Program-made: the position numbers and the translations under genes
Notes under the pieces: model-generated
Told to the model about the DNA's origin: nothing
Databases searched by the model: none
Seen by the model: the letters and a program-made list of their open reading frames with translations, nothing else
Source: Octopus vulgaris
Lineage: Eukaryota
Direction: 5' to 3'
Assembly: GCA_951406725.2 (NCBI GenBank)
Contig: OX597815.1
Location: forward strand, 158,224,001-158,288,000
Length of the DNA stretch: 64,000 nucleotides
Part shown: positions 25,334-39,005 of the stretch, piece after piece
How positions within the stretch are numbered: position 1 is the first letter of the stretch
Layout of the letters: the number at the start of each line of letters is the position of its first letter

Positions 25334-25940
25334 CAGGCGTTGTTGTGCTTTAATTAGTTTGCTTTCCAACCACATGGTCCAGGGTTCATTCCCACCGAGT
25401 AGCACCATGGGCAAGTGTCACCTACGATAGCCTCGGGCTGACTAAAGCCTTGTGAGTGGATTTGGTAGACGGAAACCGAAAGAAACCTGTCGTGTATATA
25501 TATACATACACACACACACATATATATATGAGTGTGTGTGTATGTGTTTAAGTTCCCGTAACCTAGCGGTTCAGCTAAAGAGTTTGATAAAATAAATACT
25601 AAGCTTAAAAGAGAAAGAAAAAAGCATTGGAGTCGATTTGTTCAACTAAAATCCTTCAAGGTGGTACCCCAACATGGCAGTAGTTTAACGACTAGAACAC
25701 TTGAATATATAAGATCTATCTATCTATCTATCTATCTATCTATATATATATATATATATATGTTTGCCCCCCACCATCGCTTGACAACTGATGTTGGTCT
25801 GTTTACGTCCCTGTAACTTAGCGATTCAGTATAAGAGGCTGATAGAATAAGTCATTGGGGTCGATTTGTTCGACTTAAGGCAGTGCTCCAACATGGCCGC
25901 AGTCAAATGACTGAAAGAAATAAAGCAGTGAAAGAATAAA
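25334..25940 (+). mobile_element. SINE family A copy plus a second 3' half
   Basis: Head at about 25334 and tail at about 25710; another 3' half at 25760-25940. Confidence 0.75.
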
Positions 25941-26274
25941 AGTATATATACATATATACCCCACAATTAGTGTTAAATCTTGGTACAGGTTGTGCCCCTT
26001 CTTAGTTTTAGGTTCGTCCATGTATCAGTTGCACACCAATTTTTTTTTGTCCTATGGAAAATAATGCAACTTATTTAAGAGTACAAGAATAGATACAACA
26101 TATATGGGCGGGGTGGGGGAACAATGAGTAATATTTAGGGCATTTTTGACTTTGAGAAAAATTTTTTTTTTACAAAAAGTATATCTGTTAAGTAAATGAA
26201 ATGACCTTCTGTAAAAGCATTAAGAATACTAAATCACTAAGAATACTAAAACAAAGCACCCTTTTACTCTTTTC

Positions 26275-26926
26275 GTCTTTTACTTGTTTCAGTCATTTGA
26301 CTGTGGTCATGCTGGAGCACCGCCTTTAGTCGAGCAAATCGACCTCAGGACTTATTTTTTGTATGCCTAGTACTTATTCTATCGGTTTCTTATACCGAAC
26401 CGCTAAGTTACGGGGACGCAAACACACCAGCATCGGTTGTCAAGCGATGTTGGGGGAACAAACACAGATATAGAAACATATGCACAAACACATCTCTTAT
26501 AGAAAACCTTTCTGTCTGTCTGTGTGTGTGTCTTCTAGGATGTCGGGCATCCTCCATCCGATTGCACTCAAATTTGATATGTAGATACCGACGGTATCAG
26601 GGCGGGTAATAAGTCTTGAAAAAATAACAAAAATCGATTCCAGGTGAGAATACGATCGATAAAGCCGTGGAAACGTGCATTTGTACGCACAAGTACATCA
26701 GCACCGTCCATTGGACGGGGGGGGGGGGCGTTATGCTCGTACATATATATATAGATATATATACATATATACGACGGGCTTCTTTCAGTTTCCGTCTGCC
26801 AAATCCACTCACAAGGCTTTGGTCGTCCAGAGGCTATAGTAGAAGTCACTTGCCCTAGGTTCCATGCAGTGGGACTGAACCCGGAACCATGTGGTTGGTA
26901 AGCAAGCTATTTACCACAAAGCCACT
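26275..26926 (-). mobile_element. SINE family A with a nested Helitron-like insert
   Basis: Reverse complement of the 29476 copy; its central microsatellite spacer is interrupted at 26493-26739. Confidence 0.8.
26493..26739 (+). mobile_element. Short non-autonomous Helitron-like element
   Basis: A|TCTCTTATA 5' end followed by (CTGT)n, hairpin CCGTCCATTGGACGG, and end CTCG|T (degenerate CTAG). Confidence 0.6.
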
Positions 26927-27774
26927 CTCAGAAAATCACCTCTATTCTCTTTGAGCATATAGAAGACAAATTTAATTGGGGCAAAATGAATAAGACAGTT
27001 TCCGTCTACCTCTTTATTTTTTCGGAATTACGAGACTCCCATACACATCAATATCCATTCTTAGATATCAGAAAGCATCTAGGTCAAATTGAAGGAAGGT
27101 TCATGGAAAGTGGCACATATGAAATTAACCAAACTCGACTAAATTTTAAAATTCAACATAAAATATAGCTTATTCACGATCTGGCTCTCTTTATGATATA
27201 TTTAACCATGTAGTTAAAGAGAATAGATTATTGAAATTAGTCATTACTCATTTTGCCCCAGTTTAGACATCATTCTTTGAAACTTGAAAATTATGAAATT
27301 AAACATTAGCATTGGAAAAAAAATTGTCTTGGAATTCACCAGAGAAAAGAATATAATTCGTTGTTAAACACCAAAAATTATCCAGATATTTTTAATTAGC
27401 AACCTCAATTACAATCGGGTCAAATTTAAGGACAACTTTCTTGAAAAAAAAAAGTACCTGTCACCTGATTATGATCCAAACTCTCTCAACTTCAATAACA
27501 GCAATTATGCTTAATAACTGTTACTTCTAAGGATGATGTACCTATACAAGACGATGATGCAATATTTGCAATGTCACGGTTTCAAATAGATAGGGAGAAA
27601 ATAACGAGAGCTCTGAAATTACTCATTTTGTTCCAGTTTCCAGTTCTGCTCCACTCCTATATATGTGTATGTAGATGCGAACGTGTTTGTGTGGTAAGAA
27701 ATTCGCTTTCTAACCACATGGACCCGGGTTCAGTCAAACTGCGTGGCTCTTAGCTGATCGTTGACAACATCTGA

Positions 27775-28130
27775 TGGCCGACCACTACGCTTATCATCTT
27801 CAATACTCTCGTCACGAAACTCTGTTTCATCCGCCATACTCACCAGACCTCTTATCTATCGACTACCACTTTTTCAAGCATCTCGACAACTTCCTGCGTG
27901 AGAAATGCTTCAAAAATCAAGACAATGCCGAACACGCCTTCAACGACTTCATCGCCACCAGGACGCAGGATTTTCACGCTACTTGCATGAATAAACTTGT
28001 TTCGCATTGGCAAAAGTATGTTGATTCTGATGGTGTTTATTTCGATTAATAAAGTTTTGTTTAAGCTGAGATATGTGCATCTATCTGAATTCAAAGATTA
28101 AAAACCGCAAGAACTTTCTTGACAACCTAT
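27775..28130 (+). mobile_element. Mariner 3' fragment (Hsmar1-like) with right TIR
   Basis: HPPYSPDLLSIDYHFFKHLDNFLREK...WQKYVDSDGVYFD*; TIR-like AAAACCGCAAGAACTTTCTTGACAACCTAT|TA. Confidence 0.85.
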
Positions 28131-28243
28131 TATACATATGTATGTAAAAGAAAAAATGTGTATACATATATGTATGTGTGTGTGTGTGTGTGCATGTCTG
28201 TGTTTGTTTCGGCAAAACAAATCGATAGAAAAATACTAGGCTT

Positions 28244-28645
28244 AGGCGTGGCTGTTTGGTAAGAAGCTTGCTTCCCAACCACATGGTTCTGGGTTCAATC
28301 CCACTGCGTGACACTTTGGGCAAGTGTTTTCTACTATAGTCTCGGGTCGCCCAAAGCCTCGTGAGTAGATTTGGTAGATGTTCACTGAAAGAAGCCTGTC
28401 GTATATATATATATGTATATATATTTATGTGTGTGTGTTTTTGTGTTCGTGTTAGTCGCCATCCACCATCACTTGACGACCGATGTTGGTATGTTTACGT
28501 CCCCATAAGTTAGCGGTTCGGCAAAGGAGACTATTAGAATAAGTACCCTGCTTACAAAGAATAAGTTCTGGGGGCGATCTGTTCGACTAAAAGGCGGTGC
28601 TCCAGCATGGCCGGAGTCAAATGACTGAAACAAGTAAAAGAAAAA
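28244..28645 (+). mobile_element. SINE family A
   Basis: Full head-spacer-tail structure similar to the 29476 copy. Confidence 0.85.
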
Positions 28646-28744
28646 GAACACACACACGCACATACATACATACATACATACATACATACATACATACATA
28701 CATACATACATACATACATACATACATACATACATACATACATA

Positions 28745-29360
28745 CAGTGTGCGGTGAATAAACTGTCGTCTAAATTACGCAAAAATGAAAATAACCCTGA
28801 CATCTCATTTTAACAGATATATTTACCAAAATTGCATAAAAATATCTTGAACTACCAAAGAGTAAATTTATTCAATAAAATCTCCATTGGCTTCAACCAC
28901 GGACTCCAGACGACTTTGTAATCTCTTGCAGCTCTTCTGGACGGTATCCTTGTTCAAGTTGGTGAATCCTGCCATCATCCTTGCCTTCAGTTCATCTTTG
29001 GCGTTACAAGGAGTTTTGGTGGTCTCTTGTTCAACAGCATCCCACACATAATAATCAAGGGGGTTGCAGTCTGGGGAGTGAGGTGGCCAGATGTTACGGG
29101 TGATGTGGTCGCAGAAATTGTCTGACAGCCACGACTGGGTTCTCCTGCTTGTGTAGCATGGTGCAAAGTCCTGTTGCCAGATATATGGTCTTCCAGCATC
29201 CACCCTTTTGACCCAGGACAGCACTACCGCCTATAGGCACCTGTTAAGTCTGAGGTGGTGTAGGTAGCTGAATGGAGGCATAACGTCGCCATCACTAGTG
29301 ATCACTCCAAACACTATGATATTGACTGGATGTTTGATTTTTATCACTCTCGGTACATGT
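28745..29360 (-). mobile_element. maT (DD37D) Tc1/mariner 3' fragment
   Basis: WQQD...WPPHSPDCNPLDYYVW with 37 residues between the second and third catalytic D (counted). Upstream remnant IKHPVNIIVFGVITSDGDVMPP. TA|CAGTG terminus at 28745. Confidence 0.85.
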
Positions 29361-29475
29361 CCTCAGATTGACACCTACCTAAACACTCTGAAATATATAC
29401 ATATATTGGACAGCGTGGTCGCAGTCAAATGGCCTAACCAAGAAAAAAATAAACGATATATATATAGTATATATA

Positions 29476-29887
29476 GGCGCAGGAGTGGCTGTGTGGTAAG
29501 TAGCTTGCTAACCAACTACATGGTTCCGGGTTCAGTCCCACTGCGTGGCATCTTGGGCAAGTGTCTTCTGCTATAGCCCCGGGCCGACTAATGCCTTGTG
29601 AGTGGATTTGGTAGACGGAAACTGAAAGAAGCCTGTCGTATATATGTATATATATACATATGTGTGTGTGTATATGTTTGTGTGTCTGTGTTTGTCCCCC
29701 TAGCATTGCTTGACAACCGATGCTGGTGTGTTTACGTACCCGTCACTTAGCGGTTCGGCAAAAAAGACCGATAGAATAAGTACTGGGCTTACAAAGAATA
29801 AGTCCCCGGGGTCGATTTGCTCGACTAAAGGCGGTGCTCCAGCATGGCCGCAGTCAAATGACTGAAACAAGTAAAAGAGTAAAAGAG
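29476..29887 (+). mobile_element. SINE family A, near-intact reference copy (tRNA-like head, CORE-like segment, microsatellite spacer)
   Basis: A-box-like TGGCTGTGTGGTAAG, B-box-like GGTTCAGTCCC, CORE-like CTTGGGCAAGTG, tail GACTGAAACAAGTAAAAGAGTAAAAGAG. Resembles octopus OR-type SINEs (from memory). Confidence 0.88.
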
Positions 29888-30507
29888 AGTATCCTCTATC
29901 GGATTCATCGATGAGTATCCCAGATTTTTGGTCAATTGCTTGCAAGCTGAATGATATTCTAAATGACTGGCTTATTATTCAAAAGATATTTATTTGTTTG
30001 ACGTAACCCTCAGAGCGTGACAAAGCTCGTAGTTAAAATTCGATGGGTTTCCATACATTTTTTCTTACTGCTAAGTTCTCTAACAAGGTATTTACTGGTC
30101 AAGTCGTCGAGAGACTTATGGTAAAAGACACTTGCGTAAACGTGTCGCGAGGTGAGATTGAACTAGAACCATGTGGTTGCGAAGCAAGCTCCTTGACCCC
30201 ATACTCCCACGACCATCACCACACACACACTCACACACACACACACACACACACGCACACATGTGTGTCAGAAGCTGGTCAACATCAATAAAGTTTGGGA
30301 CCATCGACCTGGGTTTATACTGCACCATCAGCGCAGCTAGTTTATGATTATTCATTCACACATTGACAAATCACTTCAGTCTTACTCGCTTATAGGTGGT
30401 TGTTCAGGTCTGATTGCAGTTCAAGCTTTGACTAAGCAGGCATTCCTGTCGTGATCATCCAGTTTATTTTTTTCTTTTAAAGATAAATAAGACAAGATTA
30501 TCAAATA

Positions 30508-30768
30508 CTGTGTTTCTCAACCATATTTTTTACCATATTTTTACCCCTTTGATCTCTATTTTATTTGATGCCCCCCCGCCCCACCATTCGGAATTAAAAA
30601 AATTCTATTAAATTTTTAGAATTAAGTATTATTAGCAATTGTGCAAAGATAAGTATTACAATAGTCTGTGTATTGTTGAAGCATAACCAATTTATTGCAG
30701 ATAAATATTAACAACAAAATCTTATATGGACCCTAAAGGGCCATATGGACCCCAGTTAAGAACCACTG
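30508..30768. mobile_element. hAT-like MITE
   Basis: CTGTGTTTCTCAAC ... GTTAAGAACCACTG imperfect TIRs of the CAGTGGTTCTCAAC type; TSD not clear. Confidence 0.5.
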
Positions 30769-31380
30769 AAAAAATTAATTTCCTTTTGCCTTAATGATGA
30801 CGGGAAAAATTTGAGAAAGATTTCGCTGCTATTTCTCCAAAATATGTCAAACGACCACATAGTCATAAGTCTGATTTCAGTAGACATATGATAAAAAAAA
30901 AACGTTTATGACCGTAACCATTTCACTTCCCATGTATCTTTTCGAAAGAGTACGCTAAGAGTTAAATTTAGCTACTATTTTTAACAAGTAGACAGACAAG
31001 GCAGGTGATTTCTTGCTGCTCGTACGAGAATACGAATTACAACGTTAAAGGTAACACGTTACGGTTCATTACGTATTTCCGTTGGGTTTATAAAGCTGTC
31101 TCTTGGCACGTAATACCGCCTTCAGCTCATACAGTGAATTCATTAGATTTAGTGGTGGTGGTGGGAAGTTTACTCAGATTTAATGCTACATAAAGAACTA
31201 AACGCGCGCACGCGCGCACACACATACACACGTGTATACACAAATGTAAACAAACACACACACACATATATATATATATATACACATAACATAAATATAT
31301 ATATATGCATTATATATATATGTATGCACACAGATATATATACATACATATATATATATTAATATATATGTATATGTATT

Positions 31381-31425
<45 letters not shown>

Positions 31426-31656
31426 GTATGTATGAAATGAAATAAATGAAAAACAGGACGCAAAGGATTTTGCGGTACATATGTTTCGGGTTTTATACAC
31501 ACATACATACATACATACATACATACATACATACACATATACATGTTGATTGCTCAACACTTTAAAACTGTTGTAATACTTACAACATTCAATAAAGTGA
31601 TGTAGCGTGAAACGATCGTACCAAATTACCGAAGTTATTCTTGTTGCTTATTTTGA

Positions 31657-31701
<45 letters not shown>

Positions 31702-31722
31702 TATACATACATAGATATACAT

Positions 31723-31769
<47 letters not shown>

Positions 31770-31804
31770 TTTAGAAATATACATATATATAAAACTTAGA
31801 TATG

Positions 31805-33052
31805 TTTCGACCAAAGATTGGTCCAGGCCATGTCTAACTTAATACCACCACCTGATAGGATTGTCTAAATCCTTTTAGAGTCAAGTTCTGTGGTATTATG
31901 GTCCATTCAAGTAGTGAGTTCTTGTTGAGTGAATTGTATCGAGGCGTGGGTGGCTTATCTGGCATTCCTTGAAGAAATTTGTCTACACAAACGCGCAGGA
32001 GTGGCTGTGTGGTAAGTAGCTTGTTTACCAACCACATGGTTCCGGGTTCAGTCCCACTGCGTGGCACCTTGGGCAAGTGTCTTCTACTATAACCTCGGGC
32101 CGACCAAAGCCTTGTGAGTGGATTTGGTAGACGGAAACTGAAAGAAGCCCATCGTATATATGTATATATATGCATGTGTGTGTTTGTGTGTCTATGTTTA
32201 TCCCCCTAGCATTGCTTGACAACCAATGCTGGTGTGTTTATGTCCCCGTTACTTAGCGGTTCGGCGAAGGAGACCGATAGAATAAGTACTGGGCTTACAA
32301 AAGAATAAGTCCCGGGGTCGAGTTGCTCGATTAAAAAAAAAAAAAAGAAGGCGGTGCTCCAGCATGGCCACTATCAAAATGACTGAAACACTCAGTTTAA
32401 AGGTGATGGGATTCTTTTCCTCTTTGATCAGTTTTGGGACAATGTTAAACAGGGCAGAGCCTGTTGAGGAAAAGAAATTGTGTCGCGGTGTACTCATATG
32501 TCGTGATCCTGAATTGGACAGGGGACGTATGGCCCGTGGTCCCAGCCTTGGATGAATCTAGAAGTTTGGGCAATGCTGGCGGTATATTCTCCACGTCGTG
32601 CAAATGATGTACCGTTCGAGGCGACGCTGGAGAGAGTAGAGTTTCAAGGCTTTAAGGCGGTCCCAGTAATCGAGATCAGTCATGACCTTAATTCGTTTAG
32701 TGAGTGCCCTCTGGGATGATTCAATTTTCGAGATGTTTTGTTTTGTATGGGGAGACCATAGGGGGCAGCAGTATTCGAGGTGTGGCCGTACAAAGGAGAA
32801 GAAAAGGGGAATGATGACACCTTGTTCTCTGGACCAGAAGGTTCTTAAGATCCAGGAGCTCACCCTACGAGCTATATCGATCTTATTGTTGATGTGGTCA
32901 CTCCAACTGAGATTGTTATCAACAATTACACCTAAGTCTCTAATATTATTAGATGTTGTGAGCGGTTCCTCTGAAGGAAGAGAGTATGGCTGCTTTAGAA
33001 CAGTCTTTCTTCCCCAAAATGCATCATCTCAAAATTTCCCTAGTTTAGTTGC
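31805..33052 (-). mobile_element. CR1-like LINE 3' fragment interrupted by a SINE
   Basis: [32 protein letters not shown]...[32 protein letters not shown]; UTR homologous to 20630-20700. Confidence 0.88.
31992..32390 (+). mobile_element. SINE family A nested in a LINE
   Basis: Close match to 29476-29887. Confidence 0.88.
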
Positions 33053-33120
<68 letters not shown>

Positions 33121-33148
33121 ATATGTATATATATACACATACATACAT

Positions 33149-33196
<48 letters not shown>

Positions 33197-33257
33197 GTAT
33201 ATATGTATGTATACTTCCGAAATGCATCAGCTCAAATTTTCCCTCGTTTAGTTGCAT

Positions 33258-33301
<44 letters not shown>

Positions 33302-33386
33302 GGTCCCAAGAGGTCAACCTTGGTTGAGTCGGGGTTAACCACAGTAAATAAGGTACTCAATACATAGCAGAGTAAATTAATTTATT

Positions 33387-33498
33387 TTATAGAAGGAGCT
33401 TCTACAGGACTAGAACTGTTTCATTCAAAAGAAATCATCAGGAAGCTTCCTGATGATTTCTTTTGAATGAAACAGTTCTAGTCCTGTAGAAACTCCTT

Positions 33499-33504
<6 letters not shown>
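33387..33504. repeat. 118-bp near-perfect palindrome with CTGATGA...GAAAC on each strand
   Basis: Centre AAGCTT at 33443-33448, one mismatch. Motif CTGATGA-TTTC TTTT GAAT-GAAAC at 33450-33473. Confidence 0.9.
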
Positions 33505-33540
<36 letters not shown>

Positions 33541-33566
33541 CATACATACAAATATATGTGTGTGTA

Positions 33567-33597
<31 letters not shown>

Positions 33598-34124
33598 GCA
33601 TATATATAAACACATGTGAGTGTGTATATATATATATGTAAACATACATATATATATGTGTGTGTGTATAATATAGATATACGTGAATATACATCACTAT
33701 ACAACGTCCATGTTCCATGTTGGCACATGTTGAACAGTTTAACAGATTACGGTGGTCCCAAGGACGGCATCAAGCTCCAGTCTCTGCCCCAGCATGATTT
33801 CTACTGCTGGATGTCCTTCCTAACACCAACCACTTTATAGCGTTTACGAGAATACGAAGGACTCTTTCGTCGCAGACGACGCATGAAGCTTTGTCGAACG
33901 ACCTGCACATATGATTTTATTTATAGAGATCAAGTGTTTCTGCTGTACATTCTGCTGTACATTTATTAGCTTATTAACTCTATCAAATCGACGTTGCCTG
34001 AACAGGTGCACGGCGTACCACGCGTCAGGTGTCGAAGTGATCGCAAAGCAACGTCATATCAAGTATGTTGCTCAAGAACACAACGTACCTCTCTCGTTCT
34101 AGGAATGCCCCCACACATATACAC

Positions 34125-34166
<42 letters not shown>

Positions 34167-34318
34167 CAATACATACACAATATATATATATATAACTATA
34201 TAGTATATGTTATATATTCACATGAGTACAAGTATAAATGTATGCCTTTATATACGTATATGTGCATATTTTATATAAATGTATGTGTTAATAGACGTAA
34301 TGCGTATTCTGTATTTTG

Positions 34319-34354
<36 letters not shown>

Positions 34355-34361
34355 TCTTTTA

Positions 34362-34413
<52 letters not shown>

Positions 34414-34454
34414 TATATACATATATATATATACATACATACATATATATATAC

Positions 34455-34523
<69 letters not shown>

Positions 34524-34707
34524 CATATATATACATACATACATATATATACATATATATATATATACATACATACATATATACATATATATATACATAT
34601 ATATATACATATATATATAATATATAATATATAATATATATATATACATACATACAATATATATATATACATATATATATACATACAATATATATATACA
34701 TATATAT

Positions 34708-34738
<31 letters not shown>

Positions 34739-35585
34739 CATACATACATACATATATATATACATATACATACGTAGATACATACATACATATATACACA
34801 TACACACACACACATATATATAGATATACACACATAAGCATATACACTCACATTTATCTATAGCATGTATAATACATATAGAGTTTATGTACATATGTGT
34901 ATGTATATATATCCGCATATTTACGTTATCTTTCACTGTTTGCCTCTAGACATATTTAAATGCATTTACGTCTACACACTCACATATATACATATACATT
35001 CTAAATACTATTTACCCTTAGCATCGTATCACCGATGCAAACTGTAAACACACACACACACACACATGCACAAGCACGTGTATATAGTAATATATATTTA
35101 TTTTTAACACACACACACATATGTGTTGTGTGTGTAAACGCTAGAGTAATCATATTAATTTAAAGCACTTTTAAGAACGACGACTGAGTATTTTATTGAT
35201 CGTGTAACTCAATACTGAAAACAGTGTCAAATTTATTTTGAAGATCAAGTTGATTGGGACTTCAAATTTCGTTTATTGCAAGGAAAGGGTTGGGTTAAGT
35301 TAACGAACATACAGCCTGTGGGATGTTTACTCTCCAGCTCCTGGGTCAAGTTTATAGACTAATCAATTTTGTTGATTTTCATTTTTAAAAATATTGTGAA
35401 ACTACGTCGCTAGCAACTATTCAGAAAGATTGCCAGAGTTTATGAATGCTTAAACCCTTTATCCACTACTTTTTTTATGAATATATAATTATCTTTTAAT
35501 TGTTTCAGTCATTGGACTGCGAATATACTGTGACATCCGCTTAAAAAGTAAACAAACCAGCACCGGTTGTCAAGCGATAGTGGAG

Positions 35586-35916
35586 TTACAGGGGAACACT
35601 CCGTCGGTTACGACGACGAGGGTCCTAGCTGATACGATCAACGGAACAGCTTGCTCGTGAAATTAACGTGCAAATGGCTGAGCATTCTACAGACACGTGT
35701 ACCCTTAACGTAGTTCGCAAGGAGATTCAGCGTGACACAGAGTGTGACAAGGCTGGCCCTTTGAAATACAGGTACAACTTATTTTTGCCAGCTGAGTGGA
35801 CTGGAGCAACGTGAAATAAAGTGTCTTGCTCAAGGACACAACGCGTCGCCGGGAATCGAACTCACAACCTTACGATCATGAGCCGAATGCCCTAACCACT
35901 AAGCCACGCGCCCTCA
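35586..35916 (-). mobile_element. tRNA-derived SINE family C with ~15-bp TSD, nested in a family A SINE (about 35495-36175)
   Basis: Minus: GGCGCGTGGCTTAGTGGTTAGGGC...GAGTTCGATTCCC...TGTGTCCTTGAGCAAGACAC. TSD CAAGCGATAGT(A)GGAG at 35571-35585 and 35917-35932. Confidence 0.85.
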
Positions 35917-35974
35917 CAAGCGATAGTAGGAGACAAGCAGACATCTACGCGCGCACACACAAGCACACAAACAG

Positions 35975-36015
<41 letters not shown>

Positions 36016-36221
36016 CATGCGTGCGGAGGTATTTTTTCAGTTACCCCGCCTATGAAAATCATTCAGAAGACTGGTCAGTCGGGGCTATCATTTGCCGAAG
36101 GTACCTCGCAGTTGGACTGAACGTAAGCGCGCATAGTTGGGAAACAAGTTTCTCAACCAAACAGGTGTGCCTATAAAGTGTATGTTTATGGGGGGGGGTG
36201 TACACGAGCACGTGTATTTTT

Positions 36222-36585
36222 TTGTTTCAGGCATTAGACTACGGCCATGCAGGAGCACCAGCCTTGGAGAATTTTAGTCTAACGAATCGATCCCAATACT
36301 TACATTCTTTTTATTTTAAAACCCGGTACTTATTCCGTCGGTCCCTTTTTCAGAACCGCTAAGTTACAGGGACATAAATATTCCAGCCAACACCTGTTGT
36401 CAAGTGATAACGGGGCAGAAGCACACACACACACACACGACGGGTTTCTTTCAGATTCCGTCTACCAAATCTACTCATAAGGCTTTGGTCGGCTCTAGGC
36501 TATAGTATAAGACACTTGCCCAAAGTGTCACGCAGTGGGACTGAACCCGTACTCATGTGCTTAGAGAGCAAGCTTCTTACCACAC
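36222..36585 (-). mobile_element. SINE family A
   Basis: Reverse-complement match to the family consensus. Confidence 0.75.
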
Positions 36586-36823
36586 AACCTACCTACATGT
36601 ACTTATAAACGCGCGTGTATGTATATACATACACATATACGTACATGTACTTATAAACATAAATGTGTGCACGCCTGTGTGTTGCATACGCGCACATAGC
36701 CAGAACACAGTAAATTTGTTTTATTCCACGCAAGGTATTCTTTCTACAAAAAGAGAAGCGAGGCAAATTTGTGCGATGACAAATATCTATATTTACACAT
36801 TCCACATATACATATATAACTGC

Positions 36824-36967
36824 TGGCGTGAGTTCGCTTCCCAGCCAAATTGTTTTGGGTTTAGCTTTACTGCCTGGCACCTTGGGTGGGCAAGTGTCGA
36901 GCCGACCAAAGCCTTGCGAAAGGATTTGGTGGACGGAAACTGAAAGATCCCGTTGTATATGCGTGTA

Positions 36968-36999
<32 letters not shown>

Positions 37000-37225
37000 T
37001 GTGAGTATGTAGTTGTTGTTGTTAAGCAACAAGACAGGTAAGGGTGATTAGGTGATGGTCTAGGGCTTAGGGGCGAGAAACCCCAGACCTTGGGGAAAAA
37101 AAAATTTGGTCGTCTTGTTGTAGTCGAGGGCTCTTCGTTGACGCCCGACACCACTGGGAGGTGGCCCTCGAAGTCGCTGGAAATGGAGATCTCCAGGTCC
37201 AAATTCTTGGACGGCAGTGAGTATG

Positions 37226-37277
<52 letters not shown>

Positions 37278-37490
37278 GGTCTCTATATACCCGCCCCCAC
37301 TTGACAACCGGCGTTGGTGTGCTTACATCGCCGTGTCTAGCTGTTCGGCAAGAGGAACTGATAGGAATTGATAGAAATAAGGATCAGTTTTAATAAAGTA
37401 AGTGCTGGTGTTGATTCTTTAAGACTTAAATCTTTCAGGGCAGTGCCCCAGCATGGCCGCAATCTAATGACTGAAACAAGTTAAAGATTA
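36824..37490 (+). mobile_element. SINE family A with a GC-rich insert (about 37030-37218) in its spacer
   Basis: Head 36824-36955, tail 37275-37490. Confidence 0.7.
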
Positions 37491-37582
37491 AGATTATACA
37501 ATTGCGTGAGAGTGCGAATGTTGTCTCATTTGTATCTATCTATCTGTCTGACTGTCTGTCTGTATTTACAAACACACACACA

Positions 37583-37703
<121 letters not shown>

Positions 37704-38108
37704 ACACAACCTCTGTATGACCGGTACTGAAGAAGTTCGCTTTGTCACGACGAAGTCGCGGGTTCAATGAATGATACTTAATGGTATTTAGAAAGAAACT
37801 GCAAGATCGCCGCATGGATTGTGTATGTGTAATTTAAATCTTTCAGGCCTGTGACAATTAATCAAGTCATTGCACCCGAAAACAATATCAAGGGAGCAAA
37901 TGTCTGCGAAATGTTCAGTCACACAGATGCAATCTTAATGAAAAAGCTAGTTCGATCGATTACACAAATGAAAAAAACCATTATTGGACCCATTGAAACA
38001 TATAAACATAATATACACAGACACAATGGCACACACATACATAGGTGGTTGTTGAGCATAGATAAATGTGTGTGTGTGTGTGAGTGTCTGTGTGTGTGTG
38101 TGAGTGTG

Positions 38109-38148
<40 letters not shown>

Positions 38149-38388
38149 TGATTGAGTAGGGAGAGAGAGAGAGAAGAGACGTTGACAACCAAAAAGAGAT
38201 GCACGAAACATTTTTATTCAAGTCGTAATTTAATGCATTGGATTAGAAAACTGTAATAAACGTGATGTAATGACCATGCAAGTACACAAAAAGGTGTAAG
38301 CCTTACATGGATATTAGATCCAATATACATGTGTTTATGTGCTAGTGTGCGTCTAAGTGTGTGTATATATATTTATTTATGTACATGC

Positions 38389-38441
<53 letters not shown>

Positions 38442-38503
38442 CATGTATGCATATAAATATATATATATATATATATTATATATGGACATGTATGCATATA
38501 TAT

Positions 38504-38543
<40 letters not shown>

Positions 38544-38732
38544 CCATGTATGCACACACACATACATATAGAAACATACAGTAAGTAAGGTAAGAGATTA
38601 GATAATCCAGATTTTTTTCTGAAGCAACATTGACTGTATAATCAATGTGTGTATATGTGTGTGTGTGTAAGCAAGCTAAACTAGATATTCCAGACCTTCC
38701 TCCTGAAGTAACACCGTGTGTGTGTATTAATA

Positions 38733-38763
<31 letters not shown>

Positions 38764-38942
38764 CTTTAAAGGGAATAATTAATAATTATTCCCTTATGAG
38801 GTTTCTCACACGCTAACTACTTGATAAATTCTTATAAGGATTTTATCCTATTTTAAAATTGTGTGTGTGTATATATATATATATATACATCGTTTGTAAA
38901 AACCATAAATCCGAAAGAAGAATATTGGGGAAGGGCGGTTTA

Positions 38943-39005
38943 TGGGATTACCATAGGTTTCCCGCACATGAAGGGTTTAGCTTTATGGCGTATCGTCACA
39001 TCCCA
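38943..39005 (-). ncRNA. Hammerhead-like motif with variant core GTGACGA
   Basis: Minus: TGGGAT-GTGACGA-ta CGC...GCG g-GAAA-CC TAT G-GTA^ATCCCA. Stem I 6 bp, stem III ACC/GGT. Confidence 0.5.

Noticed and set aside
35840-35912. tRNA-like sequence on the minus strand (also the SINE A and B heads)
   Set aside because: Part of SINEs with body and TSD; no complete acceptor stem.
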